In this document: positions 44,144-58,881 of the stretch, piece by piece
Layout: the number at the start of each line of letters is the position of its first letter
Position numbering within the stretch: the stretch's first letter is position 1
NCBI RefSeq assembly: GCF_009914755.1
Contig: NC_060931.1
Strand: one strand, 5' to 3'
Origin: the human T2T-CHM13v2.0 reference genome, Homo sapiens
Length of the DNA stretch: 64,000 nucleotides
Notes under the pieces: generated by a model
Seen by the model: only the letters and a program-made list of their open reading frames with translations
Told to the model about the DNA's origin: nothing
Database searches by the model: none
Translations under genes and position numbers: made by a program

Positions 44144-47100
44144 TTGTTTTTTATGACAATTCTAAATTCCCCCCATTCCAGACCTTAGTTCATAACCCTA
44201 ACATTAATATCTCTAATAATGGTTTTCATAAAACATACAATCTTTTCTCTCTTGCTGTCTTTGTAACACGTTCATGACAAGATTTCCTGAACAAGAGGGA
44301 AAACGATAGCAAAAAGCAGCCACAGCTGGGTGATCCTTACAACACAGCCCAAAACTTGATGCTATCAACCAATAAGATTAGTATCCAGAAAGTGGGGGGT
44401 GGGGGGTAGGGCTCTGAGAAGGACTCTTTAGCTTTGTCCTGGCATGAAGTACTTAGTTTCCTACACAGTTTACATTAGAATATCCAAAAAGATATTTGGC
44501 TAATATTTTATGACTCACATATTCCTCCCAGAATCTTTTAGGCCAAGCAACCATTAGTTGTCCTTCCTCTTCCTAAAATAATAGAGATATAAGTCTGAAA
44601 TTAAAAATTCCTCTCTAAAGGAAAAAGCAAAATATGTTACCAAGTTAAAATTCCAGGTCTCATCACAGCTGATATCTGTGCATTTTCTGTGTAGGATTTT
44701 TACACCTGAGATCTGATTCCCGTTTGGTTGTAAAGTGATTTTGGCTTCCATTTTGACACCAACTGGAGCCCTGCCACCCTGTCCTTTGCTGGTTAAGCCC
44801 CCACTGATTGGGAAGTTGAGGAACTTGGCCTCACCAGTGGTGTTCCAACCACAAGTCCCAGCAGACAGCTACTGCTGCTGATGGGGGCAGAAAAGCTTTG
44901 GTGATCACAGGAAAATTCTCTCCAGCTGCCTCTGGGTGGGTCTCAACCCATCATCATGAGAAGACAGACCTGTCTAAAGGAATTGAGTTGTCAGTGAGCC
45001 ACATACTTACTAAAGACCAAAGTGCAAAGCACAAAGGACTAGCTCAGATCCCTCTGCCGCTCTAAGGTAGTAAAAAGAAGGAAGAGACTTAGTGACAGGG
45101 ATGATAACATCATATGAAGCTTCCACTTCCCACTCCTCCAAAACTGCCTGTGAGTCAGCTAGCTCAGCAGCACAGAAAAGACATATATGCAGAGCCAGAC
45201 CCTCTAAGGCAGCCAGAAATATCCATCTGAGATAGACATGGCCCATGCTGTGTTTCTGTACCACCTCCAGCTGTTTCTCACATTCTCACAGCACTGCATC
45301 CAATGACTAATAGGTAGTGTGATGACTTTAGTAATATCCATATATTTTTATGTCCTCTTAGTGAACTCAAAGGAGCCTGACTTAGCAAGTAGAATGAACT
45401 GTTGGAGAGAAAAACAAAGCTTTCCTTCAAAACTATTATGGAACATTGTTTTATTGCATTCAAATGCACCACAAGCATCTTTAATAGCAACACTTCCTAG
45501 GGACTGTGCTACGAGGGTTTGACAGACTCTCAAATACCATGTCCTCTATAGGGACAGGAAGAGAGGTCTGGTAATTGTCTTTCTCGAGGTCCTGCCAATC
45601 CCTCTTTAGATGATCCTGTATTGTCTAGGTCTATATATTGTTCACAGCCATCCCCATCTCTATGGTCTGAAATCCTATCCATTCACTACGCACTTCTTGC
45701 TGGTAGTCCTCCCTGATCACCTCAGGTAGACATGTTTCTAACTCTTACATCTGAGCACCAAAGCCTGTGGTCTACACTCTCCCTGCATTTTATATCCTCT
45801 GCCTTATATGACAGTTACCTGCACACATGTCTAGTTTCCCTCCCAAGAAGCATGGACAGCATCTTAGCCATAACTGTATCGTTTACAGTACAGCACAGTG
45901 CCTGGTGCAGAGTGTTTGTTAATAGACCAAGTAGTTGTTGAATGAATTGTTTGTAGAATATAAATTAGAATTAGTAGTTTCAACGGGATGGCAGTCAATA
46001 TGGTCAGTTGTTAAACATTGCCATATTTATATAAAAACACTGGACAACCAAACATTAAAAAAAAATTAATTTTCCAGTGTGAGTGAGGAACCAGGACACA
46101 AGCTGAGTGAAGCCTACAGATGCCAGGAAGGCTTGCATGCTTGCCAACTCTGTGTGCATTTACTGCACAATGACTCAGAGCTGGGATCTGTCAGAAGCAG
46201 GCTGATCCATCCTAAACTTTGCCATTCTAGAATACACTAATTGGTTCTTTTCCTCAACCAGTGGCCAAATTGTTCATAGTTTCCCTTGTATTACTGAGAA
46301 AATCACAACCATAATACTTTTTTCTTACAACACAATGATCCACAGAGCTACTTGGTTTGTCTAGATTTATTGAACTAGATGGTGGCTTTACAGCTACAGT
46401 TCTAACCACATGCTCACCCAGGTCCAAGACCAAAATAGAGTTTTGTAAGCAGTTCATGAAATTCTGTGTCATTTCACAAGATAGGGAGAAGAGAATAAGA
46501 AACCAAAATAAGTATGTTTCCAGAAAGAATAAAATTTTTTCAAACCCTTTTTTCAGGAATAGGAAACACGATCTTAGTCCCCTGAGACTCATCACTTTGT
46601 CATCTGATTCTTCAAGATCTAAAAATTTTTGCCAGATGTTTCATTTTTACCACTTAATATAATAAACATCCTTATACATTTTGCCTACAAAGAGATTATA
46701 TTAAGCTGTGGATGTTAAACAATAGGTGTTTGTTACTTTCTTTAATTTTTAATTTTCACTATGAACATAACTGTTATGTTCCAATGAATAATTTTAACAA
46801 CCATTTAAATTTATATAAGTCCGATTTACAAGATATATAAAAATGTTTTCATAAATTCTACAATTTTTTTTCAACACAGGTTGAAGTCTGGTTCAGAAAG
46901 GACACAAACCATTCCTCTAACAGGGAAACTGAGGCACAATAACTGACCCAGAAAAGCAGGAATTGCACTGTGATTTTTTTGACTCATAACTACTTTTCCA
47001 CTAGAACTCCTCCTTATTAAATGATACTTAAAACCACATATTTTTTCAAATACAAAATGCAACAATTTTTTTAACCATATGTAGTATAGCACTTTAGTTT

Positions 47101-47874
47101 CACAAATGATATTCTTATATTAAAAACCAAGGTAGTACATACTCAAAATGTGTCACTTCCTCATTTTTACCACATTAGCATTATCTATGTTCTTGAGGAT
47201 ATTAATGTCTATCATTTCTCTAGAATATTACACAATAATGTGCTACTGCATATCTCTTCCCAACTTCCTGTTGGTAGCTTAAAATAGGCCATGGTGAGAG
47301 TATTTACACCATAGAATTCAGCCAACACTAAAAAGTCAGGCTTTTCCTGCCCTTTATTATTCCATACAATAAAGGAAAATGGAATCAGCCAAATATAAGT
47401 GCATCACAGTTTTGAATTTAACTGTTTCCAATTCATTTTGATACATAATCTGGTCATTCACAACTGGTTTAGCTGGTCACAAAACTCTTGTTGTTCCAAT
47501 TAACGTTTATTGACAGACTTCCAAATCTATACCTTCACTCCCAGCTCTCTTCCAAGGACCAGACTTCTACTTCCAATTTGTTCTTGTCATTTGTACCCAG
47601 ATGTATCACAGCAACCTGAAATTTGGCCTTTCCAAAATAAGATTCACTATTCTTTTTTCTCCAATCTTGCTCCTTTTTTGGTTATCTTGTCTAGTTACCA
47701 TTTAGAAACACAAAATCCTAAAGCTGAAAAAGACCTTAGAGGTTATTTAGCCCAGCCTAGCCATTCTACAGGTGAAGGAATCGAGGCAGAAAACCAAGTA
47801 ACTCCAAGGTTACACAACTGGTTAGTAGCATAACAAGAAATAGATCCCAGGTCTCCTAACTTCAAGAAAGGAGA

Positions 47875-48468
<594 letters not shown>

Positions 48469-48841
48469 TTATGCAATCTCCATTCAATTTGGCTAGTACA
48501 TTCATCCCTGGACATGCCTGTGTGGCTTTCTCCAACCTCCAACACAAATCCCAGGGGTGAACAAGTAAGACCTTCCATGATCTCTGCTTCTCTGAAAGGA
48601 GAAGGTTGGAATTTATGTAACCTAGAGAGAACTGAAATGACCTTGGAATCTTCCAGTTTGCAGTTTGTACAGCCTACCTTTAAGTTTCGTGGGCTCTAGA
48701 GAGATTTAACAGTACAAGAACTGATAAGCCATTATTACTGCATTGAGTATTATAATCATTTGAACATTCCTAGAATACTGTCCCTTTTCATTTTTTGTTG
48801 ATTTGTGTATAGTGATTAAAATATAATTGGTGAAAAAATAG

Positions 48842-49160
48842 AGTGCACATGGTGACTCATGCCTGTAATCCTGGCACTTTGGGAGGCTGAGGTGGGAGGA
48901 TTGCTTGAGCCCATGAGTTTTAGACTGGCCTGGACAACATATTGAGACCCGTCTCTAGAAAAAAAATTTGAAAAGAATTAACCAGGCTTGGTAGCATGCG
49001 CCTGTAATGCCAACTACTTGGGAGGCTTGAGGCAGGAGGATCCCTTGAGCCCAGGAGTTTGAGGCTACAGTGAGCTATGATCACACCACTGTACTACAGC
49101 CTGGGTCACAGAGAAAGACTTTGTCTCTTAAAAAAAAAAAAAAAGAGAGAGAGAGAGAGA
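48842..49160 (+). mobile_element. AluJ with A/(GA)n tail
   Basis: Diverged dimer. Confidence 0.92.
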
Positions 49161-50344
49161 AAATACTTTCATTTTATATTTCATAGCTTCCTAGGCACTT
49201 TTCTTTCTGTAAATTTAAAGAAATATCAGACTTGACCTTACCAAGAAAAGAGATCATCAAGCCTTGCTCTAGCAAGTTACCAACTTCCCACTACGTAACA
49301 GGCATCCTGAGCTTCCACCTGAAGCACCTGGGGAGGCATGCCCTGAAATTGGCCACAGTCTCATTCATTCATTTGTCAAGCTTATCAAAGTCCTACTATG
49401 AGCCAGGTATTGTATTATTTGCTAAGGATACAGATACACAATTATATAAGGCACCATCCCTGTTTTCAAAGAGCTTACCTTGGGAAGGAGAGCAGACAAG
49501 CAAGCAGATAATTGAATATGTAGAGAATGCTTAGTGAAAAGTACAATGATAAAAGTATACACAAGAGGGATACTAACCCAGCTTGGAATAGGGCAAGGAA
49601 CGGCTTAGTGAGGCCCTTCTAGAGAAGGCTGTGATTGAACAGAACCTTGAAGGATAAGTGCAAGTTAATGTGTTGAATGGAGGAAAGGGACAGTAGCAGG
49701 ATGTCCAGGCAGAGGGCAAAAGGTGAGCCTAGTGAAACAACTGAGGCTGGAAATGAAGAACAGGGGAGGCACCGAAGCAGAAACCCCTATGGCAAGCTCC
49801 CCTACTGTCTGGTTTCACTATCCTAAATGTAAACATATAAATCTGAAACACGGTCCAAACTCCTCACTTTTCATCCAGCTTCTTCTCCAACTCCACATTC
49901 AGAGTTGTTGGTTTCTAGGCATTTGGGCTTGAACCTGAGCTTGAGTGGGCCTCAGCCTTGCTTCCCAGCATGTCTGGTTGTTCCATGCCTGGCTTCCTGC
50001 AGAGGGCCATAACCCATCGTTGCACACAGTTGAAGATACATGAATCTGTAGGGAAAGTGGCTACCCCATGATAATGTCAATGGGAGAATTGTTGGAGTTA
50101 CACATAAACAGAGCAGAGGATAAAGGGAAAGTAAAACCAGGAATCATCACCCTCCCAATTGGCACTTTCTCATGTACAAGTAGGATAGCTTTGTTCTCCC
50201 CATTAAAACTCTTTCTCCTACTCATATTTTCCATTCTGAGACTCCAAGAGAAACACGGACATATTTTAGAGAGCTCTGAAATGAACTGGGAACTAATGTG
50301 AATCTCCTTGGAGCATTTTAGCTAGTACATTTTATCCATTCATT

Positions 50345-51735
50345 CATGGGAATATTTAAGGAAAGACTTAGAGGAAGTTAACCACGAAGATATCTGTAGA
50401 AAGATTCCAGACAGGGGAACAGCCAGTGTGAAACCCTGCAGCATGAGCCTGCTTATGTTTTTGAAGAATAGAAAAGAAGCCAGAGTGGCTGGAGTAGAGT
50501 TGGCAAGAAGGAGAACAAGAAATACTGTCAAAGGGGCAACTGGAAGATGAGACAGATTTCTCAGGGCCTTGTAGGTCCTTCCAAGGCTTTTCTTTTATTA
50601 AATGAATAAGAAGGCTTGCCAGGTACTTAAGCAGAGGAAGGACATTGACTTGGGTTTTTAAAGGATGCCTCTAGATATTATGTTGAAAGTAGACTTGCAG
50701 GAGGCAGGGGTGAAAGCAGAAAGGCCAGTTAGGAGGCTATTGGAATAACCAGGCAAGAGATCATGGTAACTTGGACTGGGGTGGTGGCTGTGGAGATGGT
50801 GGTTGGATCCTGATTAGATTCTGCAGGAATAGTCAACTGCACTTCCTAACAGAGTGGATGTGGAGTGAGAGAAAAGAGTCAAGGGTAATGTCTTAGTTTG
50901 CTAGACATGCTGTAATAAAGTACCACAAACTGGATGGCTTCAACAACAGAAATGTATTCTCTGGTTCTGGAGGCACAAAGTCTGAGATCAAGGTGTTGGC
51001 AAAGTTGGTTCCCTCTGAGGGCTGTGAGGAAGGATTTGTCCCAGGCCCCTCTCCTTGGCTTACAGTTAGCCATTTCAGGTTCACATAGCATTCTCCCTGT
51101 ATGCTTGTGTCTGTGTCCAAATTTCCTTCTTGCAAAAGAACAGCCATCATACTGGATTAGGTTCCACCCTAAATGACCTCATCTGAATTAATTACATCTG
51201 CAATTACCCTATTTCCAAATAAGGTCATGTTCTGAGGTACTATTGGGTGTTAGGACTTCAACATATAAATGTTGTTCATTCCATCAATGAACAATGGATT
51301 CCATCAATCCATAATAGATGGTGCCTAGATTTTTGGCCTAAGCATCTATAAAGATGGAGCTGCCATTAACTGAGATGGGGAGGGCTGTAGTGGAGCAAGG
51401 AGCAGGAATTTTTTTTTTTTAAGATACAAGAGTCTAAATTTTGAGAGAAATGTCTGGGTTGGAGATATATAAATCATATACATGAGATACATATACTTTT
51501 AAATACATATATTTTATATATATGTATATGTGTGTATCTATATGAGGAAATATGGTATATGTGTGTATATATATGATTTTATATATATATGAGTGCTTGT
51601 TATTGTAGGTGATATAAAGCCATGAGACAAGATGAGATCATCAAGGGAGTAGGTATAGCTGGAGAAGGGAAATGGATCAAGGACTGAACCCTGGGGCCCT
51701 CTGTGCTTAAGGGATTGAGAGATGAAGAGGTAACT
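50345..51735. mobile_element. L2 fragment interrupted by an MLT1A/B/C-type LTR (about 50889-51315)
   Basis: L2 motifs either side; LTR tgtcttagtttgctag..ctgtaataaagtaccacaaactggatggctt. Confidence 0.75.
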
Positions 51736-52734
51736 TAAAGAGGCACTTTAACAAATACTATTAAAAGTAGGAAAAGAGAAAAATAAAATCTATAGCACGA
51801 TATAATTTATGAGAACACAAGAATGCATAGAGATTTAAGGAAACATAAATTAGAGGGGTTGCTTGTGTAGGGGGAGGGGAATATAAATGGGAAATACGAA
51901 CAAAAGGAAATAAAATTAAACAAGAGAGGGGCCCTGCACAGACTGATTATGGAAGTTTGCCATGAACTGAGGAGTATAATTAAATCTGCTCTTGGTATCT
52001 GAGTTCCAAAATAAACAAAATAAATCCAATGTGAAATAAAATAGAAATCCCTGGTTATGTTTTTTCCCTTGAGTTCTTTTTCTTTCCTGCACAATATTGC
52101 AGAGGAAACACAGTATTTTTAAACTTCTTAACTTCTTTTAGTGAGAATAGTCACCATAGGAATTCCTTATTGAGATCTGACACTTTGATCAAAGAATATT
52201 TGAAAAAAGGAGAATTGAGTGAAACTTAGTTACTGTGGAAGTGAATATAAGATGACTTTAATACTTATTGCTAGTTTCTGAGAAGGAATGAATATTTATC
52301 AGCATAAAAACCCACTCCAAGTTTGAATGCTGTTCTCCCACTCCTTTTGTAATATACTTATAACATTGCTATAAAAATTAATTACATGGGTAAAAATAGG
52401 GAGTAAGTATGGGGCGCCACAGCATCAGCTTTCCTGCAGAAACCACATCTCTAAGTTTTCTAAATCGTAAAAGTGTCATTAGGATTGGCACAACCAATTT
52501 GTAAAACTAACAATATCAACTAAAGCCAAACAAACACACCTGACAACCCAGCCACTCGACTCCTATACACACACACACATACATATATATGTGTATATAT
52601 ACACCCATGTATATATTGTGTGTATACATATATATCCATGTATATATAAATACACAAACATATATATATCAAACAAAAATGTCTGCTGTGTTCACCAAAA
52701 GCAACGTACATGAATGTTCATAGAACTTTGTATA

Positions 52735-52989
52735 CTTTTCTTTTCTTCTCTCTTTTTGAGACAGGATCTCATTCTGTCACCCAGGCTGCAGTGCAGTGGC
52801 GCAATCATGGCTCACCGCAGCCTCAGACTACAGGCATGTGCCACCATGCCCAGCTAACTTTTTTTATTATTTGTAGAGACAGGGTCTCCCCTATGTTGCT
52901 CAGGCTGGTCTTGGACTCCTGGGTCTCAATCCTCCCACCTCAGTCTCCCGAAGTGTGGGGATTACAAGCATGAGCCACCGTGCCTGGCC
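52735..52989 (-). mobile_element. AluJ with internal deletion
   Basis: Reverse Alu lacking part of the right arm. Confidence 0.9.
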
Positions 52990-53284
52990 ACTTTTCTGTA
53001 TTATATTTTGGCCAAACTTACCCCAAAAAAGTCATTAGGGAAGTTTCTTTGTTCACTAGGTCCCAACTGTCAGTGCCAGCAAAGTGGGAAGTAGATTTCA
53101 TCTGGCATCCTGGATGTTAAGGATTGCTCTGCGGTCAATCACAAGCATGTTGAAAGCAACAAATTCAGATACATCGTCAAATATGAGCATGTGACTAATG
53201 GTGAGAAACCTTCACAACTTTCTCTCTTGCACTTCAGTGATTTTCTCGAGTAAGGCTCTCCCTAAAGCACATCTGGAAGTATTC

Positions 53285-53611
53285 TTTTATTTTTATTTAT
53301 TTAATTTAATTTAATTAATTATTTATTTATTTTGAGACAGAGTCTCACTCTGCCGCCCAGGCTGAAGTGCAGTGGCACAATCTCGGCTTACTGCAACCTC
53401 CATCTTCGGGTTCAAGCGATTCTCCTGCCTCAGCCTCCTGGGTAGCTGGGATTACAGACTTGCGCCGCCATACTTGGCTAACTGTTGAATTTTAGTAGAG
53501 ACAGGGTTTCACCATTTTGGCCAGGCTGGTCTCAAACTCCTGACCTCAAGTGATCTGTCCACTGGCCTCCCAAAGTGCTGGAATTATAGGCGTGAGCCAC
53601 CGTGCCCAGTC
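53285..53611 (-). mobile_element. AluS
   Basis: TSD tggaagtattctttta. Confidence 0.95.
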
Positions 53612-53671
53612 TGGAAGTATTCTTTTAAACCCCAAATGAAAGCTAAATAGAAATTACAGACTCAACAGAGT

Positions 53672-54080
53672 TGTATCAGTTTCTTTCAATTGCAATGATG
53701 GAGACCCAACATAAGCTAGCTTAGCTAGAATGGGAATGAATGGTGTCTTCAATCGCAAGTCCAGTTAAACAACATATCATCTCTCTTCAAACATATCATC
53801 TCTCCCTCTTGGTAGGCTTCTTTGTGAAGATTTCATTCTCTCTCCCACAGCAAACAAATTTCTTCTGTGCTGCTGGAGAAGAGAACCACAAAGTGGCCTA
53901 GACCTATACGCTCCAGGCCCTGCAAACTCAGGGAGCACAGAATCTATATTTCCCAATGTTAAGTATCCAGAAGATTCTGAATGGTTTTGTTAGGGTTACA
54001 TGCCCTTCCTGGACAAATCTTAACCCCTGAAGATGGAATTTATGATTGACCAGGCCTGGATCAAATGACTAGTAGCCATG
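53672..54080. mobile_element. Old MLT1 (J/K-like) LTR
   Basis: tgtatcagtttctttcaattgcaa...acccaac..aagctagcttagc terminus. Confidence 0.5.
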
Positions 54081-54166
54081 GGAAAATACTAATACCAGTA
54101 CAATGTAAGTACATTTGCAAGTTATGATATTCATTAGAAAATCAGTCATGTTAATTAAAGAACCTA

Positions 54167-54496
<330 letters not shown>

Positions 54497-55454
54497 CTAA
54501 AACATATGTAATTGATTTTCACTTTTTATTGCAGCTCTTCATCATCATTTATTTTTTCTAAGAAATATAGTTAAACTTCTTTCATAATATCATATAAATA
54601 CATTTTTCCTGTTTTTGGACAACAGCAGTGGGCATTAAAGTTTAGTCCATGACATATTTTGTTTACGTTAATCCAGAGCTCCTAAAGGACAGGGAGGCTG
54701 TTTTATTCATCGCAGTGCCCAGTATGCATCAGGCACTCAACAAATGCCAGCAAAAAGCATTTAGGTGTAAGCTCCTATTCTCAAGGCTTTTTGTTTTATT
54801 GAGACCTTTTTTCTTGGTCACATATATTAACATATAACTTCCTAATACAACATTCCAAATTTATAAAAAGAAAATAGATTCTAGTTTCCAAGAGAGAACC
54901 TCTTCGAGGTGAAAACCTTAAACATCTATGAATTGTCAATTTTCCTTCTATGAAGCTATTTTTGTACTACACCCAGAGCTGAAGAGGTAGATAGAGCCTC
55001 CTCAAAAGACTTAATAAGTCACTCAGAAGCAGTAACATTCAAACTTCACCGGTTCTTCATGAAGCTACAGCAGCAGCAATTACTAAGATATCTGTGCTTC
55101 ACGACGAACCCATTTCTTACTCTCACTGGGCCTAAAGGGGCTCAATTTCAAACTCCACAATTTCTAGTGCCTGAAACAGTGCCTGACACTTAGAGGTAAA
55201 TACTACTGAATTATTAAATGAACAGATGGAAATGAAAAAGGGATGAATGAAAGAAACTAACATTGTTTTGCATAATGATGTGAAATACTAACTTCATTGT
55301 GTTTTGAGGCTTACAAATTAAGAAGTGATTAGGAAAGGAATTCAATTCTTTACACATTTAGAAACTCAAATACTTACTGAGGCCAGGCAGGCAATGCGAT
55401 TAAGTGGTAGCAGTCCAGGTGTGAATGCTTGTGCTGACCTTACTGAGTGGAGGA

Positions 55455-55630
55455 GAGGTTGGCAAACAGTGGTCCATCTCGAGGGAGGGAGGCTGACTTA
55501 GCTCCAGCCCATTGTGGCCATATGGAAATGCAGGTCCAATTCTGCTAGTTCTTCCCATTTTTAAAGAGAAGCTTGAAATCTAGAATGTTTTGTGAAAACT
55601 CCAAAATTTTACATATTGGCTTGAAATTTA
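55455..55630. mobile_element. MER103-like DNA transposon fragment
   Basis: gctccagcccattgtggccat..gaaatgcagg.cca...tttttaaagagaagc..gaaatc. Confidence 0.55.
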
Positions 55631-58323
55631 AAGACAGATTATGTGTGTTTTGCAGTATTTATTTTATTTTTAATTTTTGTGGGTACATAGTAGGTGTATA
55701 TATTTATGGGTTACATGAAATGTTTTGATACAGGCATGCAATGTGAAATAAGCACACTATGGAGACTGTGGTATCCATCCCCTTAAGCATTTATACTTTG
55801 AGTTACAAACAACCCAATTACACTCAAGTTCTTTTAAAATGTACAATTAAGTATTATTGACTATAGTTACCTTGTTATGCTATCAAATAGTATATCTTAT
55901 TCTTTCTATTTTTTTTATAACCCATTAACCATTTCCACCTCAACCTCAAAGCCCCATTATCCTTCCCAGCCTCTGGTAATCATCCTTCTACTCTCTATGC
56001 CCATGAGTTCAATTGTTTTGATTTTTATTAGATCCCACAAATAAGTGAGAATATGCAATTTTTTTAAATACATCTCACAAATAAGTGATGGGGGATGTTT
56101 TTCTTTCTGTGCCTGACATAATGATCTCCAGTTCCATCCCTGTTGTTGCAAATGACTGGATCTCATGCTTTTTTATGGCTGAATAGTACTGCATTGTCTA
56201 TATGTACCACATTTTCTTTTTCCAGTCATCTGCTGATAGACACTTAGGTTGCTTGCAAGTCTTAGCTGTTGTGAACAGTGCTGCAACAGACATAGGAGTG
56301 CAGATTTCTCTTTGATATACTGATTTCCTTTCTTTTGGGTATATACCCAGCAGTGGAATTGCTGTATCATATGATAGCTCAATTTTTAGTTTTTTGAGGA
56401 ACCTCCAAACTGTTCTCCATAGTGGTTGTACTAATTTACATTCCCACCAGCAGTGTACTATGGTTCTCTTTTCTCCACATCCTCACCAGCATTTGTTATT
56501 ACTTAACTTTTGGAGAAAAGCCATTTTAACGGGGGTAAGATGATATCTCATTGTAGTTTTGATTTGCATTTCTCTGATGATCAATAATGTTGAGCACCTT
56601 TTCATATGCCTGTTTGCCATTTGTATGTTTTCTTTGAGAAATGTCTATTGCATCATTTGCCCATTTTTTGATAGAACTATTAGAATTTTTCCTATAAAGT
56701 TGTTTGAGCTCCTTATATATTTTGTTTTTTAATTCCTTGTCAGATGGGTAGTTTGCAAATATTTTCTCCCATTCTGTGGGTTGTCTCTTCACTTTGTTGA
56801 TTGTATCCTTTGCTGTGCAGAAGCTTTTCGACTTCATGTGATCTCATTTGTCCATGTTTGCTTTGGTTGCCTGTACTTGTGGGGTATTGCTCAAGAAATC
56901 TTTGCCCAGATCAATGTCCTGGAGATTTTCTCCAATGTTCTCTTGTAGTAGTTTCAAAGTTTGAGGTCTTAGATTTAAATATTTAATCCATTTTGATTTG
57001 ATTTTTGCATACATTATGTATATAGTGTTATTCTTCTCCATATGGATATCCAGTTTTCCCAGCACCACTTATTGAAGAGACTGTCTTTTCCTCAGTGTGT
57101 GTCCTTGGCACCTTTGCTGAAAATGAGTCCACTGTCGGTGTATAGATTTGTTTCTGGGTTCTCTATTCTGTTCTATTGGTCTATGTGTCTGCTTTTATGT
57201 CAGTGCCATGTTGTTTTGGTTACTTTACTTCTGCTAATTTGAAGTTAGGTAATGTGATTCTTCTAGTTTTGTTCTTTTTGCTTAGGATAGCTTTGGCTAT
57301 TCTGGGTCTTTAGTCGTTCCATATAAATTTTAGGATTTTTTTTTTCTATTTCTGTGAAGAATGTCACTGGTATTTTGATAGGGATTTCATTGAATCTGTA
57401 GATTGCTTTGGGTAGTATGGACATTTTAACAATATCAATTCTTCCAATCCATGAACACAGAATGTTTTTCCAATTTTTGGTGTCCTCTTTAATTTATTCA
57501 TCAGTGTTTCATAGTTTTCATTATAGACCTCTTTTACTTTTTTGGTTAATTCCTAGTTATTTAACTTAATGTATGGTTGTTGTAAGTGGGTTTACATTTT
57601 TATTTCTTTTTCATATTGTTCACTGTTGGCATATAGAAATGCTACTAATTTTCGTAGGTCAATTTTTTATCCTGTGACTTTACTGAATTTATCAGTTCTA
57701 ATAGTTTTCTTGTGGAGACCTTAGGTTTTTCCAAATATAAGATCGTATCATCTGCAAACAAGGATAATTTGACTTCTTCCTTTTCAATTTGGATGCTCTT
57801 TATATCTTTCTCTTGTCTGATTGCTCTAGCTAGGACTTTCAGTACTATGTTGAATAACAGTAGTGACAGTGGACATCCTTATCATGTTCCAGATCTTAAG
57901 AAGAAAGGCTTTCAGTTTTTCCCTATTCAGTATGATACTAGCTGTGGGCCTGTCATACATTGTTTTTATTATGTTGAGGTATGTTTCTTCTATCCCTAGT
58001 TTTTTGAGGGTTTTTCTTATGAAGGGATATTGAATTTTTTTTAATTTTTTTTCTCTCCTGCTCCATAATGCTACGTTGAGATGTTGAATTTGATCAAATG
58101 CTTTCCAGCATCAACTGAAATGATTATATGGTTTTTATCCTTCATTCTGTTGATGCTATGTGTCACATTGATTTATTTGCATATGTTGAACCATCCTTGC
58201 ATCCCAGGGATAAATCCCACTTGGTCATGTTGAATGATCTTTCTAATGTATTGTTGAATTCAGTTTGCTAGTAGTTTTTTGAGGATTTTTGCATCAATAT
58301 TCATCAGAGATATTGGCCTGTAG

Positions 58324-58360
<37 letters not shown>

Positions 58361-58791
58361 TTTTTTGCTGTATCTTTGTCTGGTTTTGGCATCAGGGTAA
58401 TACTGGCCTCATAGAATTAGTTTGGAAGTACTCTTTCTTCCTCTACTTTTCAGAATAGTTTGAGTAGGATTGGTATTAGTTCTTCTTTAAATGTTTGGTA
58501 GAATTCAGCAGTGAAACCATCAGGTCCCAAGCTTTTCTTTACTGGGAGACTTTTTATTACAGCTTCAATATCATTACTTATTATTGGTCTGTTCAGATTT
58601 TGGATTTCTTCCCTGTTTAATCTTGGTAGCTTGTATGTGTCTAGGAATTTGTCCCTTTCTTCCAGATTTTCAAATTTGTTAGCATATAGCTGATCATAGC
58701 AGCCACTAATGATCCTTTGAATTCTGCAGTAACAGTTGTAATGTCTCAGTTTTCATTCTGATTTTATTTATTTGGATCTTCTCTCTTTTAT

Positions 58792-58881
58792 TCTTTTTCT
58801 TTTTTTTTATACTTTAATTTCTAGGGTACATGTGCACAACGTGCAGGTTTGTTACATATGTATGCATGTGCCATGTTGGTG
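58792..58881 (-). mobile_element. About 90-bp L1PA extreme 3' tail inside L1MA
   Basis: tatactttaatttctagggtacatgtgcacaacgtgcagg... Confidence 0.85.
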
